A stretch of 64,000 bases of DNA from Parcubacteria group bacterium Gr01-1014_20 (GTDB lineage: Bacteria > Patescibacteriota > Minisyncoccia > UBA6257 > 2-01-FULL-56-20): positions 70,592 through 134,591 of the forward strand of contig VMFW01000009.1 in the NCBI GenBank assembly GCA_007376265.1, written 5' to 3'. Under the pieces are notes generated by a model that was not told the origin of the DNA, searched no databases, and saw nothing but the letters and a program-made list of their open reading frames with translations. The stretch's first letter is position 1, and each line of letters begins with the position of its first letter. This document shows, one piece after another, positions 55,060 to 64,000 of the stretch. A program made the position numbers and the translations under genes.

Positions 55060-57001
55060 TTAGACAGACAGGTCGGGAAGCTCGGACGGGACCTCCGATT
55101 CGAGGCTGTCGAGCCAGATTTGCGGATCAGCATCTGAGGGCATGCGCCAGTCCCCTCTTGGAGAAACACATGTCAAGCCAACCTTCGGACCGTCTGGCAG
55201 ACAGGAGCGTTTATTCTGAGATCGGAAAAAGCGAGTGATGAATAGGTTGAGCCACTTTTTGATTTCGGCGATGGAATACTGGGTGCCAAAAGCGTGGTGG
55301 GCCATCCTCGCAATTTTAGCCGGTGACATACCAAAGCGCACAAAGTAATACCCAAAGAAATCATGGAGCTCATAAGGGCCAATGATCCCCTCGGTTTTTT
55401 GCGCGATTTGACCCTGGTCGGCCGAGAGCAGTTCTGGCGAAATGGGAGTCGAGAGGATGTCTTCGAGGACTCGCTGAACTTCCGGCTGGTCTTTGTAGAT
55501 CACGTCCGAAGTCCACTTGATCAGGTAAGAGATGAGGGTCTTTGGAACGCCGGCATTAATACCATAGTGGCTGGCGTGATCACCAAACATGGTGGTCCAG
55601 CCAAGCATGAGCTCCGAGAGATCTCCAGCCCCGAGAACAATCCCACTGCGCTCGCAAGCGACAGAAAGTTCGGTAAACTTCCTGGCCCACGCCTGAACAT
55701 TTTCGAAGGTGAGGTTCTCGACCGTGGGATCGTGACCGATGCTCCGGAAAATTTCCAGAGCGACTGGGGTAATCGGAATTTCCAAAATGGTAACACCGAG
55801 CGCCTGCATAAGCCGAATGGCATTATTTTTCGTGCGGTCGGTGGTGCCCAACCCTGGCATGGTGATACCGATCACGCTCACTCTCGGGAGACCCAAAAGA
55901 TCCGTGGCGAAGACAGCGACATCAAGCGCATGCGTGGAATCCTGGCCGCCTGAGACGCCGAGGATGACTTTTCGCATGCTCGGTGGCAGTTGTTCGAGAC
56001 GCCGCGCAAGAGCCGTGGCTTGAATCATGAAAGTTTCATAGCAACGGATGTCTCGCTTGGCGGGATCAGTCGGGACGAAAGGATGTTTCTCGATCTTTCT
56101 TTCCAAAAAAAGATTCGGGGTAGAAAAAGGATTTTTCCCTTTCAGCCGCGGTTTTTCAAACTCGACGCTTTCGACACACAGATCGACGGTGCGGAATTCA
56201 CGACCTTCGTCTTTGCCGTTCTCACGGAAAGAACTTTGCCGAGAACGCTCTTGGATGAGATTCCCGAGATCTACGTCCGTGACAATCGACTGACTCTCTC
56301 GTTTGAATCTTTCGGTTCTCACGAGCAGAGCCCCTCGTTCGGCGATTAAGCCGTCACCATCCCAGGCGAGATCCGTTGAGGATTCGCCATAACCGGCGGC
56401 GGAGTACATCTGAACGGCTAGGTTTTTTCCGGAAGAACCAACCACGAGCGTCTCGCGGTATTCGGACTTGCCGATAGTGATGTTCGAGGCCGAAAGGTTG
56501 GCGAGGACAGTGGCCCCCGCTAAAGCCGCGTGAGCACTTGGCGGAATCGGCACCCAGATGTCTTCACAGATTTCGGTGTGAAGAACGAAGCTGGGGTGTT
56601 CGAGAGACCGAATGAGGATGTCATTGCCGAACGGGACTTCTTGCCCCAGGAGGTTGATCGTTTTGCTCTTAGCCTCGGAGGCTCTGGCAAAGTGACGAAG
56701 CTCGTAGAACTCGCGATACTCTGGCGGATAAGACTTGGGCGCAACGGCCAGAATTTCACCGGCGTGAAAAGTAACCGCGACGTTAAAGAGCATGTCGTCA
56801 ACCATGAGCGGGCCCTAGCTCTGGGCAAAGAATATAGTAAGCGCCGTGATCGAGGTAAAGACGCTCGATTTCTCCTCGGTGCGACAGCATGTTTTGCCAA
56901 GGGTTGGATAAATGAACCCTCGGAACAGCAACGCCAACTCGGACAAAGCCGTGATTTCTTACATCTAGGAACTTATATGGGTTGGGTCCGTGGTAGGCCA
57001 T
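55060..57001 (-). pseudogene. nadE: glutamine-dependent NAD+ synthetase, disrupted (frameshift plus about 40-aa internal deletion in the CN-hydrolase domain)
   Basis: N-terminal ORF (start 57001) MAYHGPNPYKFLDVRNHGFVRVGVA...ILCPELG matches the NadE N-terminus (HGFVRV; FPEL catalytic Glu) and stops at 56798. The main ORF 55060..56805 (...APKSYPPEYREFYE...EICED...GVSGGQDSTHALDVA...) carries the remaining C-N hydrolase residues and the PP-loop synthetase domain. The segment between PELG and GPLMVDD expected from full-length NadE is missing. Confidence 0.65.
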
Positions 57002-57011
57002 TTTTCCTCCT

Positions 57012-57959
57012 TTAGGCGAGCAGTTGAGCGACTGTGTGGGCAAAAACCGGCGAGATATCAAGGACCTGGATCTTGCTGGACCTTGCGACTAGGGGATGTT
57101 GACTCATTGGATGAGAGTTCGTCCCGATGATCTTTACGATTGGCGAAGCCTCGAGTTTGCGAACTACCGACTCGTCGTTTAGAGCTAGATGCGAAACCAC
57201 CGCGTAAACATCTTTGGCGTTGTGACCTAGGTAGGCATTGGCGGCGTCGATGAGACTCGAGCCACCACGGATCATGTCGTCATAGATAATGACGGTTTTG
57301 CCGGCAGGGTTCCCGATCACTGCATTAACTTTAGTGATCTCAAACTCGCGGCCTTTGTCCACCAGGACGATTGAAACGCCGAAATGTTTGGCGTAGGTTC
57401 TGATCCACTTCGGTCTGCCTAAATCGGCCGAGCCGAAGATAAAATCACTCAGACCAAGCTGTCGGATGGCGGTAAGAATTGTAGACTCGGCGTAGGTTTC
57501 GAACCTCAGACAATCACCTTCCATGTAGTGAACCAGACCTTCGTTGTGAAGGTCTAGAAATAAGAAAGTGTTGCCGCCGCGAGTGTTGGGAATAGAAGAC
57601 AAAAAACGCATGCAGGTTTTGGCAGTGACCACCTCGCCGGGGAGTTTGGCTCGCTCCATGGTGGAATAGCCAAAAAACGGAATGACGAAGATGCGAGAGC
57701 GAGCGCCGTAACCGGCAAGAGCACAACCAACGCGATGAAGCTCTTGGAGATCGTCATCAGTATGAGTACTACCCACGAAGACAACGTCTTTTCCCATGAG
57801 GCCAGCGCGATCGTCAATACCGATGCGGTAATATCGTTCGCCGCCCGGAAAGATTCGCCTGTCGATTTGACCCCGTTCGGTTACGCCCAGCTGAAGGGCG
57901 ATTTTTTGAGCCAGGTAATCTGAGGCTTTAGTCGAAAAAACAAGAGGGCTACTCATCAT
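57012..57959 (-). CDS. prs: ribose-phosphate pyrophosphokinase (PRPP synthetase)
   Basis: N-terminal Prs fold and PRPP-binding loop VIIYDDMIRGGSSL; 315 aa. Confidence 0.8.
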   Translation of the reverse strand: MMSSPLVFSTKASDYLAQKIALQLGVTERGQIDRRIFPGGERYYRIGIDDRAGLMGKDVVFVGSTHTDDDLQELHRVGCALAGYGARSRIFVIPFFGYSTMERAKLPGEVVTAKTCMRFLSSIPNTRGGNTFLFLDLHNEGLVHYMEGDCLRFETYAESTILTAIRQLGLSDFIFGSADLGRPKWIRTYAKHFGVSIVLVDKGREFEITKVNAVIGNPAGKTVIIYDDMIRGGSSLIDAANAYLGHNAKDVYAVVSHLALNDESVVRKLEASPIVKIIGTNSHPMSQHPLVARSSKIQVLDISPVFAHTVAQLLA

Positions 57960-58103
57960 GGAAGACTCCTTTCAAGATTAGATTAAGTTTTCAAATATCA
58001 GTTTTCCTTGGTGGAGACACCTATTTTTCAATAAGTAGCTCCGTTAAGAAAAAGATGGGGGGGGCGGAAGAGTTCTTATTCAGAACTCTTCCGCCCGTAG
58101 AAA

Positions 58104-58823
58104 TCAGCAGGTTATCTCTTGCCATCCATCCGAACTTAGAACGATCAGCCCCTCTCTGGGGTTCAAATTCTTTCCGGAAGCTAGCTGAACTTGAACTACG
58201 ATGAGGGTAATACCGTCCCGAAGAACAAGCTCGACTCTGGCCTGACTAAGAAATAAATGTCGCCTACGAAGATCCCGATACCATTCTTGGAAATGTATGA
58301 CCCTCCAGACCCGGAGAGGCACGTAACGTTCGCCCACGGAGCGAAGAGCCCCGTCCTTAGTCATGGCCATGGCTTTCTGGATTGTTTCCTCAAGCGTTGT
58401 GGCCTGCGGGACGAATACTTCACTTCCCTTCAAACGAAGATAGCGAGTCTTCGGGGCATTGGGTGGAGCGCCGAAAACCACTTTGCCGGATCGGAACCAC
58501 TCACCGTGTTCGTGGTTAGTGGTAAAACCCGGCATTATTGCAAGATCGCGATCGAGCCAGAAGGCAATGCAATCTGACATTTCCATGGCTTCGGCTTCCC
58601 AGCGGCACTGTTTCGGATAGTCCTCGTCAGACACCCGAAACGGCACGGTGTGAAATTCAGGAACGAAGACCACGCCGTCGTAGCCGGCTTCTTCCAGGAG
58701 CCTGAGAGCTTCGGGGCGCCAAGAAGGCACACCTTTATCCCTTGGGGTGGGGCCAGCCAAAAAGATGGACCGACTAAACGATTCTGGCATGGGCTCGAGT
58801 GAATAAATCACCCGCATCGGCAT
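58104..58823 (-). CDS. nucleoside 2-deoxyribosyltransferase-like (Rossmann-type) domain protein
   Basis: N-terminal SIFLAGPTPRD ... GVVFVPEF pattern typical of the deoxyribosyltransferase-like fold; C-terminal half unassigned. Confidence 0.4.
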   Translation of the reverse strand: MPMRVIYSLEPMPESFSRSIFLAGPTPRDKGVPSWRPEALRLLEEAGYDGVVFVPEFHTVPFRVSDEDYPKQCRWEAEAMEMSDCIAFWLDRDLAIMPGFTTNHEHGEWFRSGKVVFGAPPNAPKTRYLRLKGSEVFVPQATTLEETIQKAMAMTKDGALRSVGERYVPLRVWRVIHFQEWYRDLRRRHLFLSQARVELVLRDGITLIVVQVQLASGKNLNPREGLIVLSSDGWQEITC

Positions 58824-58954
58824 GGCAAGTTTCTCCTCTCTTAATATGGTTTAAAAGAACAAAGTCTCCTTATTGCAGTTACCCAAAACTTTTTGAGTAA
58901 CTCCATCAAGGAGCGGTGGAGGATAAAATTTCATCCCCCACCGCTAAGGTGCTA

Positions 58955-60208
58955 CTAGTATCGACAAGCCTCGTTTAGAGTTGAGGCATAGCCGAAAATG
59001 CTTTTGAAACGTTCAATGTCTTCCGGTTTTCCAATGGCTTTGGCGATATTGTCGCTAAGCTTTACGGTGCCGTGACCGTTGGCTCTAACCAACTTCACAA
59101 CCAGAGACAAAGTCTTATGTCCGAGGTCGTTAGTAAGGTTCGTGCCCCAGCCAAAACTCACGTTGATTTTTGACTGAAACTCGCGAGCCAACTCCATGAT
59201 CCGATTAAGATCGAGACCATCGCTGAAGACGACCAACTTTGTTTTGGGATCAATGCCACGACTCTCGTAAAAGTCGATGGCTTTTCTCCCAAATTCGATC
59301 GGATCGCCAGAATCCTGGCGAAGGCCTTTCCACTCTTTGGCCTGTTCATCAGTCATGTCTCGGAAGAAAAAGTCGGTGCCATAGGTGTCGGTGAGCGCGA
59401 TCGAGAGACCCCAGCCGTATTCACTCCACCAGTCCTGGAGGACTCGGTTGTGAGATTCGAGGATAGTGTCGTCGCTCTCGTGGCAGATGCCGGAATAGGC
59501 CATGAACATCTCGTGAGCGGAAGTGCCCATTGGGAGCAGGCCGTATTTCATGGCCAGATGAGTGTTCGACGTACCCAGGAATTGGGTAGGCAGCTCTTCG
59601 GCCATGATGCTTACAACGTAATCCTGCCAATCTCGACTGAACCGACGACGGGTGCCGAAATCAGAGAATCTGACATCGAGATAGCTCAATCTTCGGATGG
59701 CTTCGATCTTTTCGCCAAGCTTCAACCTTCCGCGAGCAATATCTTGATCGATCGTGGCTCGCCTCGCCCAGCCTTGGGGGATTCCCCGTCGATGGAAAAG
59801 CTCGTTCACAATCGACAAGGCAATGGTTTCCCAGTAGATGGTGTGAGACCAGGGCCCGTAGAACTTGAGGGTGCCGCGTGGCCAGTCTATTTCATAGGGG
59901 GGCAATGAGAGCGTCAAGAGAAAATCAAGATAGTCTTCTTGAAACATCCGATCTTGATACTCGTTAGTGCCGCGAAGGTAGTGGATTTCCGACCGGTTAA
60001 AGCGAAGAGACATGGCGTGATCGAGTTGTTCCCGCAGCTCGCCTTCGTCAATCTCCCTCGAGAGTTTAACTCCAGTCGTGCGATTCACGAGAGCGTATTC
60101 AACCGGCACATTGGGGTGTCGATGAAAAACTAGCTGGCCCATAGTGAATTTGTAGAAATCGATGTCGAGCAGAGATTCGATGATGGGCTTGTCAGGACGA
60201 CGGGGCAT
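58955..60208 (-). CDS. pncB: nicotinate phosphoribosyltransferase
   Basis: DIDFYKFTM N-terminal motif and FSDFGTRRR active-site motif of NAPRTase; 417 aa. Confidence 0.8.
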   Translation of the reverse strand: MPRRPDKPIIESLLDIDFYKFTMGQLVFHRHPNVPVEYALVNRTTGVKLSREIDEGELREQLDHAMSLRFNRSEIHYLRGTNEYQDRMFQEDYLDFLLTLSLPPYEIDWPRGTLKFYGPWSHTIYWETIALSIVNELFHRRGIPQGWARRATIDQDIARGRLKLGEKIEAIRRLSYLDVRFSDFGTRRRFSRDWQDYVVSIMAEELPTQFLGTSNTHLAMKYGLLPMGTSAHEMFMAYSGICHESDDTILESHNRVLQDWWSEYGWGLSIALTDTYGTDFFFRDMTDEQAKEWKGLRQDSGDPIEFGRKAIDFYESRGIDPKTKLVVFSDGLDLNRIMELAREFQSKINVSFGWGTNLTNDLGHKTLSLVVKLVRANGHGTVKLSDNIAKAIGKPEDIERFKSIFGYASTLNEACRY

Positions 60209-60860
60209 TCGTACCTCCTTTCGATTTTTCGCCGAAAAAGGCGGCCGGCCAGGGCTTGTTGGTCAACATAGCCTGAGAGATCGTTCGGAGAATGTATTGG
60301 GCAAGAGCGTAGGTTTTCATGTCGTGAATTTCAAGAAATGGAAGACTGGCTCTTGGAACGATCACTCGTTCGGTGGACTCGCCTTCTTCTTCAAGACCGA
60401 AGACACTTCTTTCCGGCTCGTGGATGTTTTCATTTCTGATCACAACCACGGCCAAGTGCATTCGCTCGGTCATGGCACCGGGGGAAAGGTAGAGCGGGCA
60501 ATCGCCAGTGATAACTTTCACCATATCTTCGGTGACTTTTATTCGTAGTTCTTCCCAAAGTTCCTCAACAACGGTTTGTTCAACCGTCAGGCCGTCTTTC
60601 AAATGGCCGGCGGGGACTTCATGGATGTAGCCAGGTTCTGGATTGCGTACAACATCATCCGAGTTGCATACAACGGCAACTGCCGAACGAAATTGGGACA
60701 CAAAGACAAGGGTGTCGTCTTCTTGGTTATAAACCACAAAGGCGACAGAGTCTCTCACTTCTAATACCTCATGGTTCTGGCCGTTGTTTAGACGTGCTTT
60801 AAGAAGCGTGTTGTGTCCGCTATAGAGCGGTGCAATGCAGGTTAATTCTATCCTCTTCAT
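60192..60860 (-). CDS. NUDIX hydrolase (candidate NADH / ADP-ribose pyrophosphatase)
   Basis: Nudix box AGHLKDGLTVEQTVVEELWEELRIKV; overlaps pncB by 17 nt and the nadD-nadK gene by 4 nt. Confidence 0.6.
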   Translation of the reverse strand: MKRIELTCIAPLYSGHNTLLKARLNNGQNHEVLEVRDSVAFVVYNQEDDTLVFVSQFRSAVAVVCNSDDVVRNPEPGYIHEVPAGHLKDGLTVEQTVVEELWEELRIKVTEDMVKVITGDCPLYLSPGAMTERMHLAVVVIRNENIHEPERSVFGLEEEGESTERVIVPRASLPFLEIHDMKTYALAQYILRTISQAMLTNKPWPAAFFGEKSKGGTNAPSS

Positions 60861-62260
60861 TGATCCTCCTTTTGGACGGGAAACTGGATCTCCATAAGTT
60901 TTTCGGCCAAATCTCTTTCTGGGAGATAGGCCAACTCAACAAAAGCGGTACGGCTGGCACGGATCGTCATACTTCGAACTTCTCCGACGCTCACCGAATC
61001 GACGAACCCGAGAATGGGTCTTTTGTTCGACAAACTCGAATCGGCATTCAAGATTTCAACCTCGGCGTCGGCAGGAATGTAGGCTGATTTCCAACCGGGC
61101 GGTTCTCCGATGTTGGAACCGACCAAGATGAGAGCTGGGGTACCAACCAAAAGTGGAGTGGCACCCATGGCTCTTGCGTAGGCGGTGGAACCAGCCGGAG
61201 TGGAAACGAGAATGGAATCACCGACCAACTTCTGGATCTTGGTTGTGCCGTTAATCTTAACGGTGAACCAAGCGGTGCTACCGGAAGCGCGTTCGGCCCA
61301 GGCATCGTTGAAGGCCAGACCGGAGTTTACGGAACCGTCACCTCTCTTCGATTCAACGTAGAGAAGGGGTGATTGCCAGGCGATGAGTCCTTCGGAGAGA
61401 ATCTCTCGGATTTTCTCGACTTCGAGATTGTTGAGAAGAAATCCTCGGTGACCGGTGTTGATTCCCAAGAAGGGAACCCGCAGTCGCCAAAAATTTCTAA
61501 TCGCGTGAAGCATCGTGCCGTCACCACCCACAACCACAATGAGGTTGGGGTTTTCGGTGTCTTCGAGATTCGAAAGCGAATGCGATATGGCCACGGCTTT
61601 GGGATTCTCCGGGTCGACCACGATTTTAATGCGCGGACTTCCCAGGTTCAGCATGGTGCTGGCCCTCGGAAGACGACCGAGATAGAGATTGTGACGATCG
61701 ATGTAGGCTCCGACTTCAGGAACAACGAGGTCCCCGATTGGTCGGTGTTTCAGGATCTTCTCGCGAATCTCAGTACTTGAGCCAGAATAGGGCGGCTTCA
61801 AGACAATTGAGTGCGGTGGCAGATCGCTCGGATCATAGGGGAAACCGACGCGTTCAGCGACGGCAAAGTTAAGATCTTTCCAGATTTCGGGACCGTGGCC
61901 CCATTCTCTCTCTATAACCGACTCCCCTTTTCCGCCGCCACAGATAAGATCCGTGCCGACGAAATGCCAGACTTCACCCAAGTGTTTATACTTCTCGCTT
62001 AGTTCGAAGGTACGGGTGAAATCGTCGTTCTCGAGATCAAAAAGATCAACCTCGAGATTGGGAATGCCTCGAAAATTCATGTCGACCATCGCGGCTCGAT
62101 CGGTACTAAGGGTGTCGTTGGTCGTGAGCTTATCGGGACGCAAACCGCAAGGAATCACTATGACGTGATCAAACTGACTGGCTAGGGCTTCCGCTAAAAC
62201 TCGATGGTGTTTGGCTGAAGGGTTAAAACTCCCGCCAAAGAGAACAACGCGTTTTGCCAT
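60857..62260 (-). CDS. bifunctional fusion: nicotinate-nucleotide adenylyltransferase (NadD-like) + NAD kinase (NadK-like)
   Basis: N-terminal GGSFNPSAKHHRVL (H/T-x-G-H nucleotidyltransferase motif). C-terminal IVVVGGDGTMLHAIRNF and DSILVSTPAGSTAYARAMGATP (NAD kinase GGDG and NE/D motifs). 467 aa single ORF. Confidence 0.7.
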   Translation of the reverse strand: MAKRVVLFGGSFNPSAKHHRVLAEALASQFDHVIVIPCGLRPDKLTTNDTLSTDRAAMVDMNFRGIPNLEVDLFDLENDDFTRTFELSEKYKHLGEVWHFVGTDLICGGGKGESVIEREWGHGPEIWKDLNFAVAERVGFPYDPSDLPPHSIVLKPPYSGSSTEIREKILKHRPIGDLVVPEVGAYIDRHNLYLGRLPRASTMLNLGSPRIKIVVDPENPKAVAISHSLSNLEDTENPNLIVVVGGDGTMLHAIRNFWRLRVPFLGINTGHRGFLLNNLEVEKIREILSEGLIAWQSPLLYVESKRGDGSVNSGLAFNDAWAERASGSTAWFTVKINGTTKIQKLVGDSILVSTPAGSTAYARAMGATPLLVGTPALILVGSNIGEPPGWKSAYIPADAEVEILNADSSLSNKRPILGFVDSVSVGEVRSMTIRASRTAFVELAYLPERDLAEKLMEIQFPVQKEDQ

Positions 62261-62448
62261 CTATCCCTCCTTTAAATTCGAACGTTTCAGATTTGGGTTA
62301 TGTAAAGGTGCAGCTGCTCCGACTTCCGAAGCAGAAAATTAGAACCGATTTAAGGTTGCAATTTTCTATTTCAGAAAAAGTGGAGCCAGGAATCGCCTTT
62401 GGGGGCGATTCCTGGCTTTTACTACTTCATAATGGAACTTCTTGCTTC

Positions 62449-63237
62449 TTAGCCGGCAAATCCTCCGATGGCCGTTTGGCTGAAAGTACCAGCGTTTTGA
62501 CTGGCGCGAGCTGCCGACTGCGAAAAGACTTGGAAGCCTTTGCGGATTTCCGTGGGTGAGTTTCCTGGGGTCAGAATCCACTGATCCAGAATGCCCATTT
62601 CACGAAAGATCTGCCGAAAGTCCGTGTGTCCGTCATCTACACCCATACCGGCCACAATGTGAGTCTCGGCGCGGAGAAGGTCAGCAACGATAGCCGAGAC
62701 CGTTTTGGTGGTCTGACGAACGGAGTGTTGATCGTGACCATCGGTGACGATCAGGGTAATGGTGCGAACGGCGATGCCGTTGTCAGAATATTCCCTGGCT
62801 TTAGCTAGCACCGTCCCCAAAAGTACGGCCGACTCATCGTAAAGCGGCGTGCTGCCGTCAGGGTTGAAGTTGTGAGAATCCATGGGTGCAACCTGATCGA
62901 TGGGTTGGTAGGGATACAGGACGGTGCCGTTCAGGTAGCGACAATGAACAAGAACGTCGCCGGACTGTTTCGACTTCTTGAGTGATTCGATGATGAGGTT
63001 GTGACCATCGCGAACAGCTTCAGTGTTCCCCGGAACGAAACGGATAGAACCGGAATCGTCGATAAGGAGGGACACTAGAATCACTTCGGTAGCCGTGATG
63101 TTGTCGATTGGGGTGCCGAGCGCGGCCTGAATCTTAGCGCCGATGTCGCCCACCGTGAGAGCTCGGAGGGTTTCTCTCGAAAGATCTCCGCTGTCGTGGG
63201 CAGAGCTTAAAAGGCTCTGTACGCTTGGTTGACTCAT
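62449..63237 (-). CDS. von Willebrand factor A (vWA) domain protein
   Basis: MIDAS motif LLIDDSGSI and downstream T/D residues; 262 aa. Confidence 0.55.
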   Translation of the reverse strand: MSQPSVQSLLSSAHDSGDLSRETLRALTVGDIGAKIQAALGTPIDNITATEVILVSLLIDDSGSIRFVPGNTEAVRDGHNLIIESLKKSKQSGDVLVHCRYLNGTVLYPYQPIDQVAPMDSHNFNPDGSTPLYDESAVLLGTVLAKAREYSDNGIAVRTITLIVTDGHDQHSVRQTTKTVSAIVADLLRAETHIVAGMGVDDGHTDFRQIFREMGILDQWILTPGNSPTEIRKGFQVFSQSAARASQNAGTFSQTAIGGFAG

Positions 63238-63282
63238 CTACTTTTTCTCCTTTTCATCTTTCTCTGGTTTTTGGGATTCTGG

Positions 63283-64000
63283 TTAGAGAACAATCCCCGA
63301 CCAAGAGTCGATCGGGTCAGTCGAGCGAACTACGTGCATACCGGCGTCCGAGAACCGTTTGAAAGCGGCGTCCGCGTCGTCGGTGTAATCGATCACGTTC
63401 GGGACCACGACGGGTGAAGTGCAGTCTTCAAGCAAGTAGACCTTTTTCGCGAGAGCCGGATCTTGGGCGTTGATCTCGTTTAAGAGATCGTCGATCGTCC
63501 AGGCCACGCAGTGACTTTTTGCCTGACCGGCAATGATCACCGCGTCGAAATCGAGCAACTTCTTGATGAACTCGGTGTTCTTCTGACCCACCACTTGATT
63601 GGCTTCACCTGATCGGAGGGGTGGACCGTCCATAACCTCTGGACGAAGCACGGAGTAGTTCTCAGTGTAAGCATTGCCGCCCTTGATCTCGGGCCCGGTC
63701 TGACTGGAACGAGCCAGGTTGTGGAAGAAGCAGGCCTCCTCAATCGATGAGGTTAAGGCGTGACCGATGCCACCTAGCATGGCGTGATACGGCCAGATGG
63801 TGAGCGCGTACTTACCGCTCTTGCTCAAACTTTCGGTGTAATGCAACGCGTAACGCGCGAGATATTGATACGGCGCGTTCAAGTTGGCTGCCATGGCGGG
63901 GTTCACCTTCCAAGTGCCGTTTTTCACCTGATCGAATGTGATCATGGAAAAAGGCCCGGGATGCTCACCCGCGTCGTTCACCCAAAAAACGGGGTGAAAG
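63283..64000 (-). CDS. isochorismatase-family cysteine hydrolase, candidate nicotinamidase (partial, N-terminus beyond window end)
   Basis: Catalytic Cys context AGQAKSHCVAWTIDDL. The frame stays open upstream of the GTG at 63981 to the window edge. Confidence 0.5.
   Translation of the reverse strand, partial: FHPVFWVNDAGEHPGPFSMITFDQVKNGTWKVNPAMAANLNAPYQYLARYALHYTESLSKSGKYALTIWPYHAMLGGIGHALTSSIEEACFFHNLARSSQTGPEIKGGNAYTENYSVLRPEVMDGPPLRSGEANQVVGQKNTEFIKKLLDFDAVIIAGQAKSHCVAWTIDDLLNEINAQDPALAKKVYLLEDCTSPVVVPNVIDYTDDADAAFKRFSDAGMHVVRSTDPIDSWSGIVL

Noticed and set aside
49455-57000. Suspected GC-richer, horizontally acquired block
   Set aside because: The impression is by eye only; no composition statistics could be computed here, so no claim is made.
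57012-60208. Interpretation of the Prs plus phosphoribosyltransferase pair as a phage NAD-reconstitution (anti-defence) module
   Set aside because: The locus is embedded among housekeeping genes with full Preiss-Handler content (NadD, NadK, NadE, PncA) and no phage genes. The PRTase has the canonical NAPRTase FSDFGTRRR motif, so a cellular salvage role is more parsimonious.
1-64000. CRISPR arrays, integrases/transposases, toxin-antitoxin pairs, restriction-modification or other defence systems
   Set aside because: No regularly spaced direct-repeat arrays, no recognisable integrase/transposase catalytic motifs, and no Cas-like, methyltransferase or nuclease motifs were seen by eye in any frame.

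Overview
This window reads as a gene-dense, mostly minus-strand chromosomal segment of a reduced-genome bacterium. Domain-shortened aminoacyl-tRNA synthetases, a compact SMC, a 16S rRNA with an expansion segment and many leaderless genes are suggestive of Patescibacteria/CPR, though not proven.

Housekeeping content:
- Tail of the ribosomal alpha-operon: partial rpsD, rpsK, rpsM, an rpmJ missed by the ORF track, and infA.
- smc-rnc-nusB-rpmF; rnhB; rplS; a 16S rRNA gene; rpmE; tRNA-Leu(GAG), tRNA-His(GUG) and tRNA-Gly(CCC).
- hisS, alaS, rpoD, dnaG, lepA, serS, thrS, yajC, miaA, pcm and cell-division-like genes.

The two most interesting regions are accessory loci:
- About 23.1-30.3 kb: an operon-like locus encoding a MIO-type ammonia-lyase/aminomutase, a GH3/PaaK-like adenylate-forming enzyme, a ThiF/E1-like protein and a tandem nitroreductase-fold oxidoreductase translationally coupled to a sensor histidine kinase. 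A BtpA-family gene remnant is embedded in it, consistent with insertion of a small-molecule or peptide-modification cluster.
- About 55-64 kb: a near-complete Preiss-Handler NAD salvage supercluster with a PncA-like hydrolase, PncB, Prs, an unusual NadD-NadK fusion, a disrupted NadE, a NUDIX protein, a nucleoside-deoxyribosyltransferase-like protein and a vWA protein.

Other notable observations:
- A 16S 3' tail without the CCUCC anti-SD and with a ~115-nt expansion segment.
- A conserved family of palindromic terminators.
- A 32-nt perfect palindromic element present both intergenically and in frame inside miaA.
- A 121-nt inverted-repeat element between the divergent 16S and rpmE promoters.
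- tRNA-Leu 3'-end fragment duplications that look like att-site scars.
- Three tandem unannotated small transmembrane-peptide genes upstream of yajC.
- Frameshift-type disruptions of alr and nadE.
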